IMG/VR virus record: IMGVR_UViG_3300025150_000006
Span: 1-64,000 of that record
Source of the DNA: a virus
Length of the DNA stretch: 64,000 nt
Direction: 5' to 3' (one strand)
The stretch's first letter is position 1. The number at the start of each line of letters is the position of its first letter. The notes under the pieces were generated by a model. It saw only the letters and a list, made by a program, of their open reading frames with translations, was not told the origin of the DNA and ran no database searches. The translations under genes and the position numbers were made by a program. Below, in pieces: positions 24,522-33,492 of the stretch.

Positions 24522-26660
24522 CTACCGCCGTTGCCACACCAAGATCGGTTCACCCCCTGACCTCCGGTTCAGGTTCGACAGAGGCATCATCAATGTCTCA
24601 ACCTCGACCAACCCAGCCAACCGAAACTCCTCGCGTGCCGTCTCCACCAGAGGATGAACAACATCCTTGTCCTTCACATCTGCGATGTTCATCACCCAGT
24701 GGCCACCCGACACCAAGGCTTCTGCCCCACGATGAATCATCGGCTTCAAGAATCCATCCCGCCAACTCTCAAACGTCCCGTACTCCGACCATGACTGGTC
24801 ACCACCCACGTATTGCTCTTGCTGGAAGTACGGCGGTGACGTGAACACCATCTGCACAGGTGGGGGGCTGAACTCCTCCGCAGGACACAGATGGATCTCT
24901 GTCTCATCAGAGGCCCCTAACCATTCTGCAAGCCTCAGGTTGCCATCTACTGTGGCCTCCGCCACGTCCGTCGCGACGTAACGGACACCTGCGGCTACCG
25001 CACCAACCAGTCGGCCACCGAAGCCTGCACAGGGGTCCCAGACGCTATCTCCCGGCTTGCAGTAGCGCTTGTACAAGGCAGCGGCCACCGCGGGACGGAA
25101 GATGGTAGGGGTGCGGGCGTTAGCGCACACAGCCTTGAGAACCCGTGGCGGGGTCACCGGGTCACCAACCTTGAACTGCCACTTGATGGCACGCTTCATA
25201 GCCTTGGGGTCGTGCCACGCCTGTAACGCCGATGCATTCCCCTTATACTTGGCCTGGTAACGATTCGGGAAGAACGAGTAGCACAGGGACAGTCCCAAGG
25301 GGCTGTGATCCAGGACCGCCTCTTTCGCTCGAAGGCTCCGCATCTTCTTGTCACGGACAAGACTGGACACCTGCTCAGGGTAGGGGAATTTCACCTTCCC
25401 CAGGATGGCCTGAACATCCAGAATCCATGCTTCCTGTGTGGGGGAGTCTTGGGCCCTCCACAAGGAAGTGTCCGGGTATTTCACTTCCAACTGCACACCA
25501 CCATCCGGGAGGAAATCCTTCGACTTGGGACCCGTCTTGAGGGGTGGGTGACCCGCTTCTCGGATTCTTCGGTAAATGGTTGCCTTGTGCACCCCGTAGA
25601 CCTCTGCAACCTCTTGACCAGTGAGGCCACTCTTGATCAGAGTGTGCATCTTGTCCCCCTCATGCCCAAGCAACAAAGGGCGTGCTGTCACCAAGGGCTG
25701 GGGGCCCGTCAACCAAGGGGCAGATGTCTGGGGCCTACCTTTGGGGGGGTTGTAAGCAATCCCCATCTTTTGAAGTTTGCGACGCAGCGTGGAGCTACCT
25801 ACGCCTAACTCACGAGCCATCCGGTCTATCGGGACACCCTTGGCAACACCATCCAGAAGGTCTACCTCTGTCAGCCTCTTCCGAACCTGATAGTGGGGCC
25901 CCTGGAAACCAAACGTGAGTTTGTAAGCCATGCAGGCAGGGATATGGGGGGTGACAATCTCCAAGAACCGTTCTGCGGTGTCCTCTCGTTCCATGTGGAA
26001 CGTCCCCGTCTTCCCCTGCCGTGTCTGCCAACGCGGCTTCAGCCCAAACTTCTCGAAGATGGCCTGAGCCACCTGATGGCTGGCCTTGTCCGCCCCAAAA
26101 ATGATTCCAGGCCACCAACCAGCGGTCCCGTCATCCAGATACCAGATGGCCAGAGCAAAATCATCCACGAGGTCCACAACCTCAGGTAACAGTCGTTTCC
26201 ATCCCTTGTGGTGATCCGCGTAGAACAACTCCTGCCAAGAGTTCAAAGAACCATGGGCACAAGTGCGCATACAGAACTGAGGATAGCCCTCCTTACTGGG
26301 GACTGCATACACCGGGGGGTCAAACTTGACCCAGTCACCCCACTGCTCAGTCTTCCACTGTAGGTAAGGCACCTGCTCCTCACAATGCCCCTCAGTGTAG
26401 TAGGTGGCATTGACCTGACGAACAAGGCGACCGTCACCCAGCATAGAGCCCACCAACAGAGATTGGAGCCTCCCCTCAATGGGGAGGACCTGATTCCGCT
26501 CCCATTTCGGGATGGCTGTGATCTCGAAACGGTTCCTCCAGTTCTGCACACGTTTCTTGGTAGTGCCCAGATGCTCTGCGATCTGGAGGTCCGTGAGTTG
26601 TTCATCCTCGACCATGGCTCGAAGGGCTTCGGGAGACACGGGGCATGGGATTGCTTTCAT
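24522..26660 (-). CDS. HTH-LAGLIDADG endonuclease-HTH-DNA amino-methyltransferase fusion
   Basis: LVGSMLGDG and LAIWYLDDG; DPCAGFGG (motif I) and FTSPPYF (motif IV); TATAAT 7 nt before ATG 26660. Confidence 0.8.
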   Translation of the reverse strand: MKAIPCPVSPEALRAMVEDEQLTDLQIAEHLGTTKKRVQNWRNRFEITAIPKWERNQVLPIEGRLQSLLVGSMLGDGRLVRQVNATYYTEGHCEEQVPYLQWKTEQWGDWVKFDPPVYAVPSKEGYPQFCMRTCAHGSLNSWQELFYADHHKGWKRLLPEVVDLVDDFALAIWYLDDGTAGWWPGIIFGADKASHQVAQAIFEKFGLKPRWQTRQGKTGTFHMEREDTAERFLEIVTPHIPACMAYKLTFGFQGPHYQVRKRLTEVDLLDGVAKGVPIDRMARELGVGSSTLRRKLQKMGIAYNPPKGRPQTSAPWLTGPQPLVTARPLLLGHEGDKMHTLIKSGLTGQEVAEVYGVHKATIYRRIREAGHPPLKTGPKSKDFLPDGGVQLEVKYPDTSLWRAQDSPTQEAWILDVQAILGKVKFPYPEQVSSLVRDKKMRSLRAKEAVLDHSPLGLSLCYSFFPNRYQAKYKGNASALQAWHDPKAMKRAIKWQFKVGDPVTPPRVLKAVCANARTPTIFRPAVAAALYKRYCKPGDSVWDPCAGFGGRLVGAVAAGVRYVATDVAEATVDGNLRLAEWLGASDETEIHLCPAEEFSPPPVQMVFTSPPYFQQEQYVGGDQSWSEYGTFESWRDGFLKPMIHRGAEALVSGGHWVMNIADVKDKDVVHPLVETAREEFRLAGLVEVETLMMPLSNLNRRSGGEPILVWQRR

Positions 26661-26823
26661 GCAAAGGATTATACACAGGTAATCCTCCAAGGTGCAGCTG
26701 AAATGAGGATGAGAAGTTCGGAAGAATGCGTCCATTCTTAGTGTGTCGGTCAACCAATGCACGCAACATAACCTACAGCCCAAGCCCTGTTTGAATGGGT
26801 GTGGTGCTTTTAACTCCAAAAGC

Positions 26824-26859
26824 AAAACGCCCCCTCAACCGGAGTTGAGGGGGCGTTTT
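26824..26859. terminator. Bidirectional Rho-independent terminator after the capsid gene
   Basis: AAAACGCCCCCTCAAC-CGGA-GTTGAGGGGGCGTTTT perfect inverted repeat. Confidence 0.9.
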
Positions 26860-26904
26860 GGAAAGCGCGCTGGGGAAACCCGTTTAGTTCAACGGGTTTT
26901 CAGG

Positions 26905-27777
26905 TCAGCGGGTGACCGTCAGACGAGCCAACCCACGGGGGTTGTAGGCTCCGAGGCCCAAATTTTCAAAAATCGAGAAACCAATCATCCGGCGCTTCGG
27001 GTCGTCGGCCGAGAGGACGGTCAGCTCGGTACGGACGGGGATCCGACCGAACATCTCGGGCTCACAGCAGAGGTAGACCGTACCGTTGGGGACGAGACGG
27101 CTGGTGACGACGTTGGCACCGTAGATCACACCCTGGAGACCGGTCTTGAGCAGGGTTGCCTGGGACTCGATGTCGAGGATGTCGCGGCCGAACTTGCGGA
27201 TGTCCGCGTAGTCCCTGGCGTTCATGTAGATGCGGGCGACCCGGAGGTCATGCCGCTCGATGAGCGCGAAGGCATCCGCGAGGACCGCACCCGAGATGGG
27301 GGCGATGACCGGGATGTCGGCGTTGAGCTGACCGGGGAGGCTGTCGAAACCGGCAGTGGCCACGGAGTCGAGAACGGCGAACACTCGCTCGTCCTCAGCG
27401 GCCTGGATCTGCGCACGCCCGAGGTCCTGGGACCGCTCGATGAGATCGAAACGGCGCTCCTTGATCTGGGTGAGCGGGATCTCCGGGTTCGAGGCGATCT
27501 CGAACAGCGGGAAGATGACACGACGGGGCTTCGTGACGGCGAGGATATTCTGACCCTCTTCGCCGACCACGTATGCCGTGACGTCGGGGTCCTTGTCGTA
27601 GATCGGCAGCGCGCCGTCGGGGAGCTGCTCGACCAGGAAGGTCTTGCGGCCCACGGCGGCGTAGTCGCGACGAGTACGCAGGGGCTGTGTCATCGAGGCA
27701 GCGAGCTTCGCACGACCCTGGGGGGTCTTGATGTACTCGCCGATGATCTTCTGCTTGACAGCGTTGGTGACACTCAT
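26905..27777 (-). CDS. Major capsid protein (HK97-like fold)
   Basis: 290 aa, GAGGAGG SD, extreme codon bias, strong terminator; spine helix (DLIERSQ...IQAAEDERVF) and YGANVVTSRLVP. Confidence 0.85.
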   Translation of the reverse strand: MSVTNAVKQKIIGEYIKTPQGRAKLAASMTQPLRTRRDYAAVGRKTFLVEQLPDGALPIYDKDPDVTAYVVGEEGQNILAVTKPRRVIFPLFEIASNPEIPLTQIKERRFDLIERSQDLGRAQIQAAEDERVFAVLDSVATAGFDSLPGQLNADIPVIAPISGAVLADAFALIERHDLRVARIYMNARDYADIRKFGRDILDIESQATLLKTGLQGVIYGANVVTSRLVPNGTVYLCCEPEMFGRIPVRTELTVLSADDPKRRMIGFSIFENLGLGAYNPRGLARLTVTR

Positions 27778-27790
27778 GACGGTGACCTCC

Positions 27791-28429
27791 TCAGATCCGC
27801 TGGTCGTAGACCAGGTCGCCTTGGGTTGCATCGGGGGCCATCTTCACGATGCCGATGACAGTGGGCTGGAGGTTCTGCACCGTGGCAGCGTGGATGTCCC
27901 CCTGCTCCCAGAGCTGAGCATTGGAGTTGGCATCGTCGGCCGCGAGGGCGTTGGTGAGGTAGCCGTTCTTCGAGGCGAAGAGCTTCTGGCCGACGTTGTA
28001 CGCCGTCAGAGCCACACCGTCGGCGAGCGACTTGTCCTCAAACAGCGTGTTGCCGAACGTACCCTGACCCGAGACGTATGGGTTCTTGCCCGAGGCCGTA
28101 CCCGGCGTGTTCTCGAACGCATTGCCGTTCGCGCTGTTGATGAAGACACCGAGGATGCCGACGTTGCCTGTGCCAACGGCCGGAGGTCCACCGATGAAGT
28201 TGCTGCCGCCGCCTGCATCGCCGCGAGCAAAACAGACCGAGCCGCTCAGAACGCCCGAAAGCGTCTGATCGACCTGAGCCGTGATTGCCGTGGCCACCTG
28301 GGGTGGGTTCGTCTGAGTGAAGGCATCATCGGTCAGCACGCCTACTGAGTTCGCAATCCCGAGGTTCAGGATCCGCAGCGCGCTGCTCGACTCCGTCCAT
28401 CCACCGCTTGCCTGTCCGAGCAAAGGCAT
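27791..28429 (-). CDS. Putative capsid decoration/cement protein
   Basis: Between scaffold and MCP; G/T/N-rich beta protein. Confidence 0.6.
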   Translation of the reverse strand: MPLLGQASGGWTESSSALRILNLGIANSVGVLTDDAFTQTNPPQVATAITAQVDQTLSGVLSGSVCFARGDAGGGSNFIGGPPAVGTGNVGILGVFINSANGNAFENTPGTASGKNPYVSGQGTFGNTLFEDKSLADGVALTAYNVGQKLFASKNGYLTNALAADDANSNAQLWEQGDIHAATVQNLQPTVIGIVKMAPDATQGDLVYDQRI

Positions 28430-28543
28430 TTCGCCCTCCTTGCTCCCTGTTTACAGGGTGTGGTTTCTGGTGACCTTGCCCGGCTATGCGGATGGGGTCC
28501 GGTTCTGCCTCCCTCTGCGACATGCTGAGTTTGGCCTTTACGT

Positions 28544-28571
28544 CTATATGTGGAGGGCTATCGGCTAAATA
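28544..28571 (-). promoter_or_regulatory. Class II promoter-like motif for the decoration/MCP operon
   Basis: TATTTAGCCGAT-N12-ATAG. Confidence 0.55.
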
Positions 28572-28587
28572 GTGGGGATTCCTCAAA

Positions 28588-28645
28588 GAAACCCCCCGTT
28601 CCACCAACCTGCCTCCGATTATCGGAGGCAGGTTGGGGAGGGGTT
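28588..28645 (-). terminator. Hairpin/terminator after the scaffold gene
   Basis: CCAACCTGCCTCCGAT/ATCGGAGGCAGGTTGG inverted repeat with TTTCTTT downstream on -. Confidence 0.65.
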
Positions 28646-28655
28646 CAACACCCGA

Positions 28656-30269
28656 TCAGGAGAACGAGCCGCTCACGTCGGGGTCGGAGGCCCAGAGGTT
28701 CGACAACTCGTGGATGTCACCGTTGGCCGAGGCGGCCTTGGAGCGGACAGCACCGACGGTCTTGACGCCCTTGCTGGCCTTCTTGGGCTGGGGCTTGAGG
28801 ATGCTGGCCAGGCGAGCGCTGGCCTCCTTGTCGGAGTCCCCACCCTCGTCGTCGGCGTCCTCATCGTCCGACCCGAAGACCTCACGGAAGGCGGCCTCAT
28901 CGGCGGCAGTCAGGTTGGTCCCGTCTGCCAGACCCATCGGGTCGAACCCGGTGGCGAAGAAGTGAGCATCGGCCTCCTTGTCGGAGCCGTCCTCATCATC
29001 CTCGTCCTCGTCCTCGTCGTCCGAAGCCTTCTTCTTGCCGGCCTCGACACCCTCATCGTCGTCATCGTCGGCGTCGGGCTCGTCCTCAGCCTTCTTGGCG
29101 GCCTTCTTGGCCTGGGCGGCCTTCAGGACCATCAGGGCCTTCTTGGCGGCCTTCTTGGCGGCCTCGACCTCGGCATCCGCGTCGTCCTCGTCCTCATCGT
29201 CGTCGGCCTTCTTGGCCTTCTTGCCGGCGACCTCGACGTCATCCTCATCCTCGTCGTCCGAGGCCTGAACACGCATCGCGGCGAGCATCTCCATCTCGTC
29301 ATCGTCGAACTCGTCGCCCATCAGGTCGTCGCCGCAGGCTTCCTTGTCGGAGCCCTCGTCCTTCTTCTTCTCGCAGTTGTCACGAAGCGCCTCGGGGAGC
29401 TTCTCGCAGCCGGCGAGGACCTCGTGGCGAGCGATGATGCCGTCACGGTCGGTGTCCATCGAGGCGAACATGGCACGGGGGCCACCCCAGTCCTCGGCGG
29501 TCACGAAGCCGTCGCCATCGCTGTCGAAGGCATCGAACATCGCCATCACGGGGTTGGCGGCCTTGTCGTTGATGTTCGAGATGGCCTTCTCTTCCGCCTT
29601 CTCCTGCTCAGCCGTCTCGCCAGAAGCACCGATGGTCTGACCATTCGGGTCGTTCTGGCTGGCTGCGGCACGGAGTGCCTTCAGCTCGCTCTCCATCGCG
29701 GAGAGACGGGCCATCAGACCCTCCGTCCCGTCGTCGAGATCCATGTCCATCCCGTCGTCGAGACCCATGTCCATCCCGTCGTCGGGGAACATCCCCATCA
29801 GCTCGTCCTCCATCCCCATGAAGTCCCCACCGAGACGCCCGATGCTGGCGTCGAGAGCGGAGTCGTCCATGGACATGAACCCGAAGGCCTGGTCCTCGAT
29901 GGCATCCCAGGACGCCTTACGACCGTTGGACGTGAGGGTGGCCTTGGCGAGCACGAGGGCCTTCGCCGACTTGCGACGGACCATCTCCATGAGGCTGGCC
30001 TGGCGACCGACCTGACCCTGGTGGGCCGGGTGATCCTGGTCCTCGACCCCGTAGCCGGGAATCGCGGGCGGGCCGCTGTCCCCGTAAGGGCCGGGGTGGA
30101 CGTCCTCGGCGAACTCGGACGGGCCTCCGATCATGTACGGGGCCGAACCCGGGTCATCCTGATCATGAGCCGGGTGATCCTGGTCCTCAACTCCGTAGCC
30201 GGGAAGTGCGGGGGGTGCAGCCGCCTTGCGGTCAAGGGCTGCCCACGTCATGCGCTGACGAATGCTCAT
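28656..30269 (-). CDS. Putative scaffolding protein with an EF-hand pair
   Basis: Between protease and MCP; acidic low complexity; loops DSDGDGFVTAED and DTDRDGIIARHE. Confidence 0.7.
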   Translation of the reverse strand: MSIRQRMTWAALDRKAAAPPALPGYGVEDQDHPAHDQDDPGSAPYMIGGPSEFAEDVHPGPYGDSGPPAIPGYGVEDQDHPAHQGQVGRQASLMEMVRRKSAKALVLAKATLTSNGRKASWDAIEDQAFGFMSMDDSALDASIGRLGGDFMGMEDELMGMFPDDGMDMGLDDGMDMDLDDGTEGLMARLSAMESELKALRAAASQNDPNGQTIGASGETAEQEKAEEKAISNINDKAANPVMAMFDAFDSDGDGFVTAEDWGGPRAMFASMDTDRDGIIARHEVLAGCEKLPEALRDNCEKKKDEGSDKEACGDDLMGDEFDDDEMEMLAAMRVQASDDEDEDDVEVAGKKAKKADDDEDEDDADAEVEAAKKAAKKALMVLKAAQAKKAAKKAEDEPDADDDDDEGVEAGKKKASDDEDEDEDDEDGSDKEADAHFFATGFDPMGLADGTNLTAADEAAFREVFGSDDEDADDEGGDSDKEASARLASILKPQPKKASKGVKTVGAVRSKAASANGDIHELSNLWASDPDVSGSFS

Positions 30270-31774
30270 TGCATGTCTCCTTTGATGTGGCGACTGCCAG
30301 GTGAAACTTGAAACCCACTTCGAGCCTGGCCTCGCCGTGAGATGAGCTTGCCGAGCCTGATAAGAACTCTTGCTTCGGCGGTGGTGGGCTTACGGCCGAG
30401 AGCCGCCTGACAAGCCCGTGCAAACTGATTCAACGACTCGTAGCCCTGAACGGACCCCAGTCGAAGAGCAGTCCGGTACAGGGGCACGGGGATAGACACC
30501 CCGTACTCCTGGTTCAGCAGTGCAACCTTGTCGAGCAGAGCCACATCACTGGATGCGGTCCGGCAGAGGAAACCCAGGGTGGCCCCATACACGAGATTGT
30601 GCTCGCTGGGCACCAGGTCATCCATCTCTGCTTGCTTGACCAGATTGTCGTTGGGAGCCGTTGCGGCATCCTCGGGACCAAGGGCCTCATCAAGGTCCTT
30701 CTGGTCCATGTCCTTCTTGAGCTTCTTTCGCACCCGGTCTTTCAGGTGTGTCTCAAGCTCTTCCTCAACGTCCTCGAAAGGACCCTTCTTGGGCTCTTCC
30801 CTGGCAGGGGCTGCATCATCAGCCGGAGCATCTTCTTCGTCACCCCAACCAGCCATGAAAGAGTCACCATTGCCAAAGGCAATGGCTGCGGCCTTACGGC
30901 GCTGTCCCTTGGTCCACTGCTCGGGAGGGGTCTGGAGGATGACCGAAGCTGCTTTGCCCAGATCATCTCCCTTGTGGATGGCAAGAATGTTCCGAAGCAC
31001 TGCACCAGTGAACGCCGGGGTTCCTACCCACGATGCCTCGATGAACTGATTGCCACCGGTGGGGTCCAGGCTAGGATGCCCGCACAGCTCCGCGACCCGA
31101 TGCTGCCGACCCTGCTCGTCGAAGAAGGTGTTGCCCTTCTCGTATTTGATGTGGGGACACATCTCGGTCTCGTCCGCTGCCCAGTGCCCGCACTTGGTGC
31201 AGATGGTGCCATCGACAGTGCAGCCCATGGACAGGGTGCTCATCTTGCCGGACTCGATGGCCTCTACCAGGTCCTCGTGCTTCCGGTCCGTCGCGATGAG
31301 GATGTCCACATAGACCGTGTCACCGAGGTCTCGGGCCACTGCATCAATGATGCGTCCCTTGCTCAGCTCCTCGACCTGGACGTGCTCGACGAAATTGTGC
31401 CCACCGATGAAGGTCCGGTAGCTCTTGAGCAGAACATCCCGGTCCCAAGCATCGAGGTTGTTGTTGATGTACTTGTCAGCACCGAGCTTGACCCGGAAAT
31501 TGCCAAACTTCCGATTGACCCGGAACCCACCCTCCATCACCGACCCGAGCTTCGCATTGGGTGGGGCGTAGGTATCCACCGATGCAACGATGGTCACATG
31601 GGTGAGTAGGTAGTCCTTCGGGACGAAAAGCTTTCCAAAAATCTCGGATGCCCGGTCGATGAGGTTCTCACTGACCTCTGCCGATGCCTTGGCTGCTTTG
31701 CGGACCTTGGCCCAGCCGGACCCGTTGACGTTGGGCGTTTGGATGGAGCCCCTGGCGAACTTCAAAAAAGCCAT
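30266..31774 (-). CDS. Putative prohead maturation protease with a Zn finger
   Basis: NFVEH...KGRIIDA...TLSMGC, CTKCG...CPH, FIEASWV..PAF; canonical position. Confidence 0.7.
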   Translation of the reverse strand: MAFLKFARGSIQTPNVNGSGWAKVRKAAKASAEVSENLIDRASEIFGKLFVPKDYLLTHVTIVASVDTYAPPNAKLGSVMEGGFRVNRKFGNFRVKLGADKYINNNLDAWDRDVLLKSYRTFIGGHNFVEHVQVEELSKGRIIDAVARDLGDTVYVDILIATDRKHEDLVEAIESGKMSTLSMGCTVDGTICTKCGHWAADETEMCPHIKYEKGNTFFDEQGRQHRVAELCGHPSLDPTGGNQFIEASWVGTPAFTGAVLRNILAIHKGDDLGKAASVILQTPPEQWTKGQRRKAAAIAFGNGDSFMAGWGDEEDAPADDAAPAREEPKKGPFEDVEEELETHLKDRVRKKLKKDMDQKDLDEALGPEDAATAPNDNLVKQAEMDDLVPSEHNLVYGATLGFLCRTASSDVALLDKVALLNQEYGVSIPVPLYRTALRLGSVQGYESLNQFARACQAALGRKPTTAEARVLIRLGKLISRRGQARSGFQVSPGSRHIKGDMQ

Positions 31775-32640
31775 CAGCCCACCGCCTTCTTGTTACGGTT
31801 GGCCAGGAACTTCTTGCCCTTGGCAGTGAGCTTCATCTCAGCCTTGCCCACCATCTCGGCAATGCCGAACTTGGTGAACTTGGTGAGGTCCCTCTGCTCC
31901 ATATGAACTGTAGAGACCTTGCCCTTCTCAGCCATCGTCTCCAGAAATCCGATCTGGTGTTTGTCCAGACCAAGGTCCTGGATGCTGGCCTTCTTACCGG
32001 CCTCGATCGTCTCGTCCCAGTCATCTGAGAGACCATCCTCGGACCCGTCCGCGAAATCATCGAGGTAGTCGGGGTCACCGATGATGTCCTCACGCTTGAT
32101 CAGGAACAGGCAGGTCGGGCATCCCAGCAGTCTGTGGCTCTTGCCCTCGGACCGCTTGTAGTTGGCCGGGCGAAGGAAAATGGGATTCCCCTCCTCATCC
32201 GCTTTGCACTTGGGGCAAATGTACTTGCCGTCTTCGCACTCGACCTTGCTGCCCCGGTAGTGACGGTCCTTGCCGGCCCAGTAGAGGGCGGACTTCACGT
32301 AGGCCTGAGCCACTCGGTCGAGGACTTCAGCAGCCGTCTTGGCAGGCCCACCTGGAACACTCACCGTCCCGGCACCGCCGGGAACGGTTGTGTTCTCCAC
32401 ACTGGGTGGGATAGCGATCACATTGGTGACCCGCTGCAAGTCCTCGACCGAGTAGCGACCTGGTCCCCAGGGGAACTCCAGGTCCACTTGGCCGATGCCG
32501 GGCCAAACAGCAACCACACGCCCCGCCTGGGACTCATCCGTCGCGCCGCCGGCAAGCGGAAACGCGAGGTCACCAACAGAGAACTCGCGGGCTCTCTGTT
32601 GGTAGTCCAAGTAGGCGGTGGCTTGGTGCTGCTGTCCCAT
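31774..32640 (-). CDS. Putative head protein with a Zn ribbon
   Basis: CPKC...CPTC; KTA and LDRVAQAY motifs. Confidence 0.7.
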   Translation of the reverse strand: MGQQHQATAYLDYQQRAREFSVGDLAFPLAGGATDESQAGRVVAVWPGIGQVDLEFPWGPGRYSVEDLQRVTNVIAIPPSVENTTVPGGAGTVSVPGGPAKTAAEVLDRVAQAYVKSALYWAGKDRHYRGSKVECEDGKYICPKCKADEEGNPIFLRPANYKRSEGKSHRLLGCPTCLFLIKREDIIGDPDYLDDFADGSEDGLSDDWDETIEAGKKASIQDLGLDKHQIGFLETMAEKGKVSTVHMEQRDLTKFTKFGIAEMVGKAEMKLTAKGKKFLANRNKKAVG

Positions 32641-32666
32641 TATTGACCTTCTACCTTGGAGGCCGT

Positions 32667-33380
32667 TCAGACAGGCTTGGCGAGACCAGCGAGGATCTCA
32701 GTCATTCGAGCGAGCTTCCCGGCAGCGGCCGAGGGCACGTCATTCGCCAGGTGCGGCAGGACATGAGCCGCCGCCCGCGTCAGAGCCGCGAGACGATCCT
32801 CGTTCTCCGAACCCTCCAACAGGCGGGTCTGGAACTGGAGGACATCGAGACCGGTGGAAGCCAGCTTGGTGCCGAGTGCTTGAACACCCGCATCCTGGCT
32901 GGCAGCACAACGGCCTGCGGCCTTGTTGATGTCCAGGTACAGGGCTGCCATCTTGGTGCCCAACTCCAGGGCAGCCTGGATGCCAGGCTTCGCGGTCTGG
33001 CGCTCGGAGCCATCAGGCAGCTCGCCCCCTTCCTGCTTCTCCCGCAGCTCGCGGTTCTCCTGCTGGGTGAAGTGCCCGTTCATGTAGGACTCGTCACCCT
33101 CTTGCTCCTGGGGACCCGACTTCTCCTCGCCGATCTCATCGGGGTTTTCCCCCTGATGGGCCGCGTTGAGGTCGGGCTCACCCGTGAGCGCGAGCTTCGA
33201 GATGTCGATGCCGGCTCGCTTGGCGATGTGGTCGCTGAGCAGGTCGCACTGGTAGGCGAACTTCTTGGCGATCTCAGGCTTGATGCCGTAGATGGCAGCC
33301 TGAGCGGTGATGAGGTTTGCAGCCTTGTCCAAGACAACGCCCGCATCCTGTGCAGCCTGCTTGGTGAGCTTCATGGCCAT
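32667..33380 (-). CDS. Putative head/core protein
   Basis: GGAGG SD; GC3-biased helical protein. Confidence 0.7.
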   Translation of the reverse strand: MAMKLTKQAAQDAGVVLDKAANLITAQAAIYGIKPEIAKKFAYQCDLLSDHIAKRAGIDISKLALTGEPDLNAAHQGENPDEIGEEKSGPQEQEGDESYMNGHFTQQENRELREKQEGGELPDGSERQTAKPGIQAALELGTKMAALYLDINKAAGRCAASQDAGVQALGTKLASTGLDVLQFQTRLLEGSENEDRLAALTRAAAHVLPHLANDVPSAAAGKLARMTEILAGLAKPV

Positions 33381-33440
33381 ATGGTGATCCTCCGTGTCCG
33401 ATGCCGAGGTGGACAGCACAGGGCACACAGTGGCCCTTCG

Positions 33441-33468
33441 CTAATACCTCTGGCGTATAGGGGAACTA
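33441..33468 (-). promoter_or_regulatory. Class II promoter-like motif
   Basis: TAGTTCCCCTAT-N12-TTAG. Confidence 0.7.
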
Positions 33469-33492
33469 TGCAAAAAACTCGCAGATCCATTT

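Noticed and set aside
27778-27831. Longer MCP start at 27831
   Set aside because: Overlaps the upstream gene; the GAGGAGG SD supports ATG 27777
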